A stretch of DNA of 20,779 nucleotides from Octopus sinensis (Eukaryota), in NCBI RefSeq assembly GCF_006345805.1, contig NW_021823918.1:1-20779 (forward strand). Direction: 5' to 3'. Position 1 is the stretch's first letter. Each line of letters opens with the position of its first letter. Position numbers and translations under genes: made by a program. The notes beneath the pieces are model-generated. The model had not been told where the DNA came from and searched no databases. It worked only from the letters and a program-made list of their open reading frames with translations. Below, piece after piece: positions 1-9,132 of this stretch.

Positions 1-257
1 ATATAGATTTCATACATAAAGGATAAACCATTTTTAACAAATTTACATCAATAATAGAAAGCAGTTTTCATTGATCAATTAAATGGAGTTGCTTGAAATG
101 GCTGTAATGTATTGATACCTGTACATCCTTGTTACTTATTTACATTCTGTTCACCTAACTTGGAGCTGTGCAGTCTATCATGTACTGGCAAGGTGCCTCA
201 ATTTAAGTACATAATTCAACTAAATCTTAATTTCATATATGTACGTATATATATGTA

Positions 258-568
258 GGTCAGTTCCTGCTATAGGTGACATACAACCCAGTAGAACCTG
301 TTATATCGTTGGACAGTTGGTGATTAAACTGGCAATACAACCAAGCTTGCTTGGCAAGGAGGGTTGTTTACAGTGGACATACTGAAGAATTAAAAACAAG
401 AACTGTGAAAGAGTGGATGAACTTAGTAGTGTCAATAATTATATAACAAGTGGGAGTGGATACACCCAGTCTTTGTTTAGACATGTCATCTCTAAGAGAA
501 GGAAAACTCTGATGTAAGATCTGTGAATTCACTTGCACCCAATGATGTAGACTACTTCTTCATTTTGA
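258..568 (+). mobile_element. Old RTE-clade LINE 5'-UTR-like fragment
   Basis: 451-568 (TGGGAGTG...CTAAGAGAAGGAAAACTCTGA...ATGATGTAGACT) aligns by eye with the reverse complement of about 5265-5395. CTA(G)GAGAAGGAAAACTCTGA is a motif I recognise from RTE 5' UTRs. The 5' boundary (after a TA tract) is a guess. Confidence 0.45.
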
Positions 569-814
569 GTAAATGAATATATTATTTAGAAAATAGGATT
601 GACCCTATGCAAGGCATTTCCTCACTAAGAAAGTTGCAGTTACAGGCATCACTTGATTTTTCAACATCTATAATATGTTGCAAGCATGGCTGGCCATAGT
701 TGGCAAAACACTCAATGAAATATTTCAGGATGTAAGGAAGGTGTATGTCAGTGTGTAGTGCTGTGCATGTTGAACACCTGTGACAAGAGGCTCCCATCGT
801 TACCAATCTGTACA

Positions 815-935
815 AACAGATATATTAGTATAATGCTCGGGAATTGAAAAAGTTTTTAATGTTTCGAGCCTACACTCTTCCACAGAAAGGAACACAGAAA
901 GAAACAAGGAGAGAAAAAAATGTGTGTAGAGGCTA
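815..935 (-). mobile_element. Fragment of a PLE-associated repeat with a degenerate hammerhead-like motif (856-885)
   Basis: Minus strand reads CTGTGGA-A-GAGT-GTAG-GCTC-GAAAC-ATTA: hammerhead layout with an altered core. Boundaries approximate. Confidence 0.35.
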
Positions 936-1516
936 GTGATGTTGATGATTATGTTACCTCACAGATGCAAGAGTATATATAACTCAGATGCTCAAACTGT
1001 AAGTCTTTCACTCTTCTCCCCACCCCCACTGTTCTGCTAATGTCAGTGTTGTTTTTACAGTTTAGAAACATCAAATTTCTGCTAGACAATTTCTGTCCCC
1101 CAAGGCCAACTGAAGAGACTAACTTCTTTATGCTTATCAGAAGCATCAGCAAGGTAAACTAAAAGCATTCCAGAAATGTCAATGTATTGGACAGTTTCAT
1201 TGTAGACTTGATAATAAACAGGAACAGATGATGAAACAATTCTTATGAAAAAAAACAGTTTGCTTCAAATTAGACCCAAGTGGAAATGTTTACAGACTGC
1301 TACCACTGACATTACCATCACCACCACAATCACCACAAATTATCAAATGAGTATGAAGCAACAGAACAACCTAAGAAAAAATGAATATTGAATCTCTCCA
1401 GTATATTTAAAGATACAATGACAATTATAAGTTCTTATTGTTAGATGGAGACACATACACAGAATTTCTGCTTCATGTACATTTATTTCATTGTATATGT
1501 GTACATGATTGATGTG

Positions 1517-1531
1517 TTGTGTGTGTGTATG

Positions 1532-1566
<35 letters not shown>

Positions 1567-1575
1567 ATGTGTGCA
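1517..1575. repeat. Compound (GT)n/(AT)n microsatellite
   Basis: Direct reading; explains ORFs 1343..1576 and 1488..1727. Confidence 0.95.
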
Positions 1576-2056
1576 TAGGAGGGTGTTGTCCTTGAATTGG
1601 ATTTAAGGTAAATCTGGGCTGCTATTTGATTGTAATTCCTCTCAATATAAACAAGCCAGTTGATCCATTTCTGTTTGATCCTAATAAATAGCCATGTCAT
1701 GATAAGACATGACATACTGTATAACACTTAGATTAGTGCTTAGCTTCTCTGCTGGATCAAACAGATTAAAACATCAAAACAATAAGCGAGCAAGTTGCAA
1801 TCAATGACAGATTTGCATCAATTGCCTATTTCGGAGTTAGATTACATGCTTCAATAAACTGAATGCAGGTATTAACAGAAATATAAAATGACTTATTATC
1901 ACTATTGATATGCTCATATTTCTCATGTAAATTTTGTAGTCTAGTTCTCAAGTGGCCCTAATCATTTTGACAAACATTCCAACAAGAAATTCATATTCAC
2001 AGAAAATAACTACACTGAGTAAAAAGTAAAATGCTATTATATAAAACTGAGCCCCC

Positions 2057-2103
2057 CTCTCTCTCTCTCTCTGCCACCCCATTCTCTCTCTCATACACAC
2101 ACA
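2057..2103. repeat. (CT)n/(CA)n microsatellites
   Basis: Direct reading. Confidence 0.85.
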
Positions 2104-2494
2104 TGCAGAAATACATGTATACGCACTTGAAAAGACAGGTTGAAATCTTAAGACATTGATCTGTTTCAAAAGAATGGCTTGATTATAAAAACATTTTACT
2201 CAAGGATGTGAAAATTATTACAATCCCAACCTGCCCAACTACAAGCTGATTAGCTGGAATATTTATCTCAAGATTGATAAGTATTCTAGTGTATCAGCTT
2301 GTAAACAGAACAATCGAAAATGAAATTTTATGAGAGCCAGTCATTAAAATGAATGTTCTACAAAATCTCAGCTGTCTGTTAATCACCAGTCATCAATTAC
2401 TTAGTTTTCTAATACAATTATTCTAATTAACAAACACCAATTTTTAGTTGATCTAACCCAGAATATGTACAATTATTGCAAGCATTTGCAATAT

Positions 2495-2544
2495 GAGAGA
2501 CAGAGAGGGAGAGAGCAAGCAGGAGGGGGAGAGAGAGAGAGAGA
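2495..2544. repeat. GA-rich simple repeat
   Basis: Direct reading. Confidence 0.85.
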
Positions 2545-2770
2545 ACACAGGTTTAAAAGTTGGCTCAACAATTTTAGTGTATGTGTTGTGATACACATCA
2601 TGATTAATACATCACAATTTTTTTACATTATACATTTGTGAACAATAAGAATAACAAGAAACTATATATGCAATTTGAGTGAAGTAAATACCATAACATG
2701 TTATTTGCTTGACACACTAATGTATTTGGCAGTGTCTTGCTAGCATATATGTATATATATTATTTTTAGT

Positions 2771-2918
2771 AAGTTAAAAGTTATGGCCAGTCAGAGAGTG
2801 ACCATTGGTTTTGCACCTATTAGACTCAGATTTCTGCCTCACAAGTTTCCTAAGCTGCTAAGTGCTTTATAGGTGCAAAACCAATGATCAGTCAATGACT
2901 GGTCATAACTTTTAGCTT
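2771..2918. mobile_element. Palindromic MITE/foldback-like element
   Basis: Inverted arms 2771-2820 and 2869-2918, 44/50 identical, 48-bp spacer; weaker complementarity extends about 10 bp outward. Confidence 0.65.
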
Positions 2919-3044
2919 TCTAAGAAATACATTACTACTCAAATGCTTTAGAGTGTGCTTCTTTTCCAGATATATTAACTACTGATGATATATCTATATG
3001 TATATCTTTCATTGACACATATATACACTCATGATGATCTCCAC

Positions 3045-3188
3045 ACAATTTTCATTGATTAAATGTTACAAAACTTTGGTTAACCTGAAGCTCTCATAGA
3101 GGACATTTAACCAATGTTCTGTGCAATGGGATTGTATCTCAAAGATTTGGTTGAATAAGCATAGTTCTAGACCACACAGCAATGCCTG
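3045..3188 (-). mobile_element. Highly decayed tRNA-SINE family A, 5' part
   Basis: Colinear by eye with 4190-4332 (CTTTGGTT...GCT...GACA...TGGGA...ACCACACAGC). Confidence 0.55.
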
Positions 3189-3330
3189 TTCAATTGTTAT
3201 CAGCAAAGAATAAGAATTTTACCAAAAAAAAAAAATACTGGTATACTTCCCACCAATCTATATTTGATATAAAAAGGATTTATATATCAATCTCTCTTAT
3301 ATATTCTGCATTCTGTAACAGATGGAACCA

Positions 3331-3730
3331 TTGTAATATAAAATTTAATACAATGCTACATGATATGCAAGACATTTGTATACACACATATATACATACA
3401 CAAACATGCATTCATACATACATACATACATACATGCATGCATAGTCACACACACACACACACTGACCCACACACTTGTGCACAAACAAACAAAATGGAA
3501 CGCAGTATAAATAATGGACAGGCAATAGCCGGCTGTAGTTGTAACTGGGCTTCATGTACCTTTGCATGTCATTTCAATCAATCAATCAATGTAGTTATCA
3601 TGCAATGCCTGTGCAAGAAGACTTTTTTTAAAGTGGGGAAAGGCTGTGCACTGAGTGTATGTATATATGTGTGTATGCAAATGTCTTGTAATATAAAATT
3701 TAATACAATGCCCATGATAAAATTGCAGAC
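3331..3730. repeat. Complex templated insertion bounded by a direct duplication
   Basis: 3331-3356 = 3686-3711 (26 bp exact). 3372-3521 is an inverted copy of 5825-5964. 3518-3656 is a direct copy of 5092-5230 (136/139). 3655-3688 is an inverted copy of 3368-3401 (33/34). Confidence 0.9.
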
Positions 3731-3910
3731 TACAGCACATATGTTATCACAAGAACACAAATTTCACAACTCGTGAAGTAGATACAGCAATGTCACTAGG
3801 CACACTGCCTAATGAAGGTCACTGCTAGCTCTCACTGCAAATGCAACCATGTACTGCCATCTGCTGGCATGATACACAACTAGTCCGGGAACTTTATGAT
3901 ACCACCTTGT
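3712..3910 (-). mobile_element. Mariner-like transposon end (single TIR remnant)
   Basis: Reverse complement of 3882-3909 is CAAGGTGGTATCATAAAGTTCCCGGACT next to a TA tract, resembling mariner-type TIRs. No partner TIR found. Confidence 0.45.
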
Positions 3911-3930
3911 GTATATATATATATATATAT

Positions 3931-4332
3931 CTTTTACTCTTTTACTTGTTTCAGTCATTTTGACTGCGGCCATGCTGGAGCACCGCCTTTAGTCGAGCAA
4001 ATTGACCCCGGAACTTATTCTTTGTAAGCCCAGTACTTATTCTATCGGTCTCTTTTACCGAACCACTAAGTGACGGGGATGTAAACACACCAGCATCGGT
4101 TGTCAAGCAATGCTAGAGGAAAAAACACAGACACACAAGCATATAGACACACATACATATATATACACATATATACGACAGGCTTCTTTCAGTTTCCGTC
4201 TACCAAATCCACTCAAAGGCTTTGGTTGGCCCAAGGCTATAGCAGAAGACACTTGCCCAAGATGCCATGCAGTGGGACTGAACCCGGAACCATGTGGTTG
4301 GTTAGCAAGCTACTTACCACACAGCCACTCCT
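3931..4332 (-). mobile_element. Full-length tRNA-derived SINE, family A
   Basis: Minus strand: A-box-like TGGCTGTGTGG, B-box-like GGTTCAGTCCC, internal TA/TG tract, tail GACTGAAACAAGTAAAAGAGTAAAAG. Four more copies in the window; (TA)n on both flanks. Confidence 0.85.
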
Positions 4333-4357
4333 ATATATACAACACACACACACATAT

Positions 4358-4646
4358 CTTTTATTGTTTGAGCTATTAGGCTGTAGCCATGCTGGGACAC
4401 CACCTTAAAGAATTTTAGTTAAACAAATTGACACCCTAGTACTTCCAGTTGTGATGTGGTTGTGAAGGACAAAGACATACACACACTCATATGATGAACT
4501 TCTTTCAATTTCTGCTTACTAAATCCACTCACAAAGCTTTGGTTGGCTTGAAGCTATAGTAGAAAACACTTATCCAAGGTACCACACAGTGGAACTAAAC
4601 CAAGAACCACGAGGCTGGGAAGTAAACTTCTTACCACACAGCCACC
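4358..4646 (-). mobile_element. Older, internally deleted SINE family A copy
   Basis: 4495-4646 colinear with 4180-4330; 4358-4445 resembles the 3' tail. Confidence 0.75.
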
Positions 4647-4800
4647 TATATATATATATAAATATAGATAGATAGATATAGATAAATAATAAGGGTGGCT
4701 TGTGAGCAAGTTTTCAACCGAAAGGCAAAAATATATATATGTCACTAGAGTGACTGAGGGCACTATTCAGCACCAGCATTACAAGATATATGAGTCAAAA

Positions 4801-4924
4801 CAACTTGTAGCCACAATAGGCACCATCCTATAGACTGACAAGGAGGCAAGCTCCCTAAGCACCAGCCATAGTCAGATCAGCAGTGATTCTGCAATAAGAT
4901 GGTACCTATTGTGGCTATGAGTTG
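4801..4924. mobile_element. Small MITE-like element with about 31-bp inverted termini
   Basis: 4801-4831 vs reverse complement of 4894-4924: 27/31 identical. Confidence 0.55.
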
Positions 4925-4944
4925 CTTCACAGTAGTTATTCCAT

Positions 4945-5398
4945 TATATATATATATGATGGCTGCCCCCTCGTTATTGAGTATGGCCATTGCACAAGGC
5001 TTAACTGTTATTGGTACTGTGATCGAATGTTACTTTTTAGCGCAGCTAAAGATCTACAGTGTCTTGTACAGAATTGGCAGCTAAAACCTTTACAGGCAAT
5101 AGCCGGCTGTAGTTGTAACTGGGCTTCATGTACCTTTGCATGTCATTTCAATCAATCAATCAATGTAGTTATCATGTAATGCCTGTGCAAGAAGACTTTT
5201 TTTTAAGTGAGGAAAGGCTGTGCACTGAGTTAATCCCACTCACTAAGGAACAGCAGCCATAGTCCGAAAAGATGAACAAGTCAACATCATCGGTAACCAC
5301 TGAACCGCAGGTTTTATGTCGGAGTTATCCCAGTTACCTGAGTTGCCTTCTCCTAGAAGGATGCCCTAACAAAGGCTAGCAGTCCTTCACTCCCAAGT
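4945..5398 (-). mobile_element. Internally deleted (bipartite) RTE-clade element
   Basis: Minus strand: RTE-like 5' UTR motif CTAGGAGAAGG (about 5345-5355), then C-terminal peptide FSCQFCTRHCRSLAALKSNIRSQYQ* (5085-5008; degenerate RTE terminal zinc finger), then 3' end ATGGCCATACTCAATAACGAGGGGGCAGCCATC and an (AT)n tract. Confidence 0.65.
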
Positions 5399-5457
5399 AT
5401 ATATATATATACAAACATGTATACATATATATATATATATATATTATACAAACATGT

Positions 5458-5496
<39 letters not shown>

Positions 5497-5581
5497 AACA
5501 TGTATACATATATATATACATATATACAAACATGTATACATATATATATACATATATACAAACATGTATACATATATATGG

Positions 5582-5620
<39 letters not shown>

Positions 5621-5622
5621 CA
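5398..5622. repeat. (AT)n-based minisatellite with ACAAACATGTATAC spacers
   Basis: Five copies of the 14-mer at 5411, 5448, 5494, 5526 and 5558; the last three have a 32-bp period. Confidence 0.92.
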
Positions 5623-5624
5623 CA

Positions 5625-6943
5625 TATTTCGTTTTTGGATTTGGTTTGCAAGATTCTTTATATGAGTTCGTGTGTTGAAGCATATTCTGTTGTGTCTGGG
5701 GAGAGTCATTTTCTTTTCATGCCTTATAATGTAACACACTCACCAGTAAAATTTCCACTTATTTCTTATTTTTATTTTCCTAAAAGTTTCGTTGCGTCTT
5801 GCAACCTTTTCAATAGTCTTGACTCTGTCCGTTATTTACACTGCGTTCCTTTTTGTTTGTTTGTGCACGTGTGTGTGGGTCAGTGCGTGTGTGTGTGACT
5901 ATGCATGTATGTATGTATGTATGAATGCATGTTTGTGTATGTATATATGTGTGTATGCAAATGTATATATGTATGTATGTGTGTGCATCTGTATGTATTC
6001 TGCATATTCATGTGCTTGCATGGCGTTTGTGTATTTTTTTATGTATGTGTGAGTGAGTGTTTGTATTTGTATGCACCTCTTTCTCCTTATGTGTGCATGT
6101 GTGTGTGTTTTGCAACTATGTACCATGTTTGTATGTATGGATGTGAATCTCTATATGTGTGGATATGTGTCTCTATATGTGTCCTTGTGTGAAGTAAAGT
6201 GTGTGTGTATATGGTCATGTGTTTCAGTCTCCATGTGTGCTTGTCTGTTCATATAACCTATGTACCTATCTGTCTGTATGTTGATCTGTTTATTTACATA
6301 TCTATATGCTTACATACATGTGCATATGCACATATATACCAACACACACACACGCATACATAACATACATAACAGCCCACTAACTATTCTACTCTACCTG
6401 TGTAAACTGTGGGTGTGGAGGTATGATATCTACTATGTATATTTTCTATTTAGTATTGGAGAAGTTTCATTTATAAGGACATACTCCCGTATTTGTCTGA
6501 GTGTTGGGCCTTTTGGGTGCTCGGATAAGATGTGGATGTCAAGTTGACCCAAGTTGCTTCCATGGTGGTTTTTGGCATGTTGGTAGAGTATGGAGGACTG
6601 TTTTTTGTCATCATATTGTCTCAGATGTACATTTAGTTGTTCTGCAATGCTCCTAGATGTCTCCCCTATGTACATCATGTTCATGTCTTTACAAGCACCT
6701 TCTATGCATCTTATGCTGTAAACTACATTTCGAGTTCTACAGTTAATGTCAGGATTAATCCTACATACCATGCAGTTATCATTGGTGCATATGGTATTCT
6801 CAAAGGGGTACAGCCTACATCATGATCTGACAGAGTTTCCTGGTTTTCCAACAATCTTAATGTTGAGTTTGGTCTCCTTCAGAGCTTTTCTAAATCTACA
6901 GGCTAGTTCTCCATGCAAGCACATGAATATGCTAGTTCTCCAT
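5625..6943 (-). mobile_element. 5'-truncated Penelope-like retroelement (linker + endonuclease + 3' region)
   Basis: GIY-YIG coding remnant followed on the minus strand by a CA/TA-rich region and a hammerhead-like stem (5779-5813). Assigning 5625-6430 to the same element is inference. Confidence 0.7.
6433..6912 (-). pseudogene. PLE GIY-YIG endonuclease plus Cys-rich linker, inactive
   Basis: GELACRFRKALKETKLNIKIVGKPGNSVRS*CRLYPFENTICTNDNCMVC...NCRTRNVVYSIRC...C...YIGETSRSIAEQLNVH...LYQH...RQIRE...LNRK. Contains VVY/YIG, CCHH and a linker CX4CX2C; one in-frame TGA; Q at the usual catalytic Arg position. Confidence 0.88.
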
Positions 6944-7387
6944 AGCCATTGCAGAAGCTATGAGTAGATGAAATGATGTTAGCATGGATAAATGTCAACC
7001 ATTTTGCATTCACATTGTCATCCCTTATCACTTTATTTTCCACTGAACATCTCTTTCTCCTGAACACCCTTTCACATCTGCCATCATTGACACTGAAATT
7101 CAGAGACTTTCAGAAGAACAAACTAAAAACTGTAGCATGAGATGTGCTTCAACAGAAAACTGAAAGAGAGCAACTACTTGAGGAAAAATGCCATCATATT
7201 CTAATATGAGAAGCTGCAAAATATTACTTATTTTGGCATAAAGTAATGAGACATGCACTAGTATGTATAATAGACAAACATATAAAATATAGTAAGAGAA
7301 AAAGGAAGTTCAGGAAATCAGCATTCCATGTGAAATCCTAGCTTTCATGAGAGAAAAAATATTTTTGAATTAACTGGACTTAATTTC

Positions 7388-7536
7388 CTATTTAGTATTG
7401 GAGAAGTTTCATTTATAAGGACATACTCCCGTATTTGTCTGAGTGTTAGGCCTTTTGGGTGCTCGGATAAGATGTGGATGTCAAGTTGACCCAAGTTGCT
7501 TCCATGGTGGTTTTTGGCATGTTGGTAGAGTATGGA
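7388..7536 (-). repeat. Local duplicate of PLE endonuclease segment 6446-6594
   Basis: 148/149 identical, same orientation, 942 bp away. Confidence 0.95.
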
Positions 7537-7640
7537 AATGTACCAATTATAAGAATAATGAATTCAATGCAGAGTATAAAGTAATATGAACAATGGAATA
7601 AATATAGTGATATCACATTTATTAATCAACAACAGTAATA

Positions 7641-7834
7641 GTTTAAAGTTTTGGCACAAGACCAGCCATTTAGAGGAGGAGATAAGTTGATTACATGGAC
7701 TCCAGTGCTTAACTGGTACTTAAAAGAATGAAAGGCAGAGTTAACCTCAGCAGAATTTGAACTCCAAACATAAAGAGTCAAAAGAGATGCTACTAAGCAC
7801 TTTTCCTGATGTGGGAATGATTCTGCCAGCTCAC
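7641..7834 (-). mobile_element. tRNA-SINE family B (Meta-domain-like core), decayed
   Basis: Minus strand GAGCTGGCAGAATC...GAGTTCAAATTC (B-box-like)...GCCTTTCATTC; colinear with 8566-8767. Confidence 0.75.
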
Positions 7835-8104
7835 AGCTTTACTGCTACAAATAATAATGATTTCTTTTATCTACCACAGGAGCATCAGATAAGGGGTACA
7901 ATTCAAAGGCAGTTTACAATTTGTGTAAGGGTTTACATAAAAGATGAGAATAAGAAAGAGAGGAAGAGGGTGAAATGAGATAACAGCATACATAGTAAAC
8001 AAAATATGTGAACATATGACGCAGTCCTTCTGATACAGAAGAACCTTCAATTAGAGCCAATTAAGGAGTTCCACAGATCCAGAATCACCATGACCACCAA
8101 AAGT

Positions 8105-8465
8105 ACAAGCCTCATCTACCACACAACCTTTTTTGCTATAGCCTCTAGAGAGAAACACCACCTGCCTAGCCTTGTTAAAGATGGGTGGTAAGGTGGTCTT
8201 CACAATGGATTCAGCCAATAAATGGATTTGTTGTACATACTAAACAGCTGTTCTATATAACTCCACAAGTCAGTGATGGTCAGACACTGTAATGGTACAT
8301 GCAGTATGTTTTCATTGCTCTGTGTGCATCTCAGGCAGCACCATTTGGTGCCACTTCCATACCTGTAGAGTTTATCTTGAACTTGTAGTGCTCCTCAGTA
8401 GCATTAGCAGATTAGTGATTTCTTAAATTTATCCATGATAGTTCCCAGCCCAAAAGTCCTGATAT
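8105..8465 (-). pseudogene. L1/Tx1-clade LINE ORF2 C-terminal zinc-knuckle remnant
   Basis: Manual minus-strand translation ALQVQDKLYRYGSGTKWCCLRCTQSNENILHVPLQCLTITDLWSYIEQLFS contains CX2CX8HX4C followed by LW (8337-8284); stops and frameshifts on either side. Confidence 0.75.
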
Positions 8466-8565
8466 TTCTACTGATCATATTGCTTGACTGGCAGAGTGTT
8501 GAGTGCCTGATGACATTTAAGGTACCAGGTGCCTCATCCTAGTCTTTTCTTATTGTAGTAGTGGT

Positions 8566-8766
8566 GATTTCAAATTTTGGCACAAAGCCAGCAATTTCAG
8601 GGGAGGGGGTAAGTCGATTGCACCAACTCCAGTACTCAACTGGTACTTATTTTATCAACCCCAAAAGGATGAAAGGCAAAGTCAACCATGGCAGAATTTG
8701 AACTCAGAACATGAACAAAATACCTCTAAGCATTTCACCTGGCATGTTAATGATTCTATCAGCTTG

Positions 8767-8767
<1 letters not shown>
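8566..8767 (-). mobile_element. tRNA-SINE family B
   Basis: Minus strand GAGTTCAAATTCTGCC...GTTGACTTTGCCTTTCATCCTTTTGGGGTTGATAAAATAAGTACC (resembles the Meta domain). Confidence 0.8.

Positions 8768-8769
<2 letters not shown>

Positions 8770-8801
<32 letters not shown>
8770..8801. repeat. (AAT)n microsatellite
   Basis: About 10 perfect units. Confidence 0.95.
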
Positions 8802-8802
<1 letters not shown>

Positions 8803-9132
8803 CTGAGTGCAAAATATACAATAAATACCATAAAAGTCCTAACAGTCCCAGTTTTAATAGGAACATAAGCAAAATTACTTGATAGTTAGGAAAATCTAAA
8901 AAGCACTAATATGCAACAAACTGCACCAACTTGAAAGGCTATAGCATTTTAAAACAAAAACAGTCTCACTCATCATAGCGTCTTCAGTATGATATGGAGG
9001 TGAGACACATCTTAGCAATATCCCAAATGAACCATTTCCTCAGGAAATTCTAAAAATAGTAATGACCAGTACTGTACACATCCTACACAATCTTCTCAAT
9101 CTAAATATGAACTACAGAGTACTAGTAAATTA

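Noticed and set aside
582-1160. ORFs 582..815 and 949..1152 (-) as two exons
   Set aside because: Splice-like sites exist, but the phases do not join into an open frame, no domain is recognisable, and the acceptor abuts a repeat fragment.
3308-3354. Minus-strand CIKFYITMVPSVTE resembling a mariner transposase N-terminus
   Set aside because: Too short and diverged to separate from chance.
5411-5585. Repeat-spacer pattern as a CRISPR array
   Set aside because: Spacers are just (AT)n, the repeat is 14 bp, no cas genes, eukaryotic context.
5353-6260. Many overlapping Y/I/V/C/H/T-rich ORFs (also 3182-3776, 14184-14378, 19682-19959, 20425-20751)
   Set aside because: Translations of dinucleotide repeats that lack stop codons.
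7105-7210. Peptide-like stretch DFQKNKLKTVA*DVLQQKTEREQLLEEK
   Set aside because: Interrupted by a stop, no donor site, no recognisable homology.
7850-7900. Possible 3' end of the L1/Tx1 remnant
   Set aside because: Only a vague resemblance; continuity with 8105-8465 cannot be shown.
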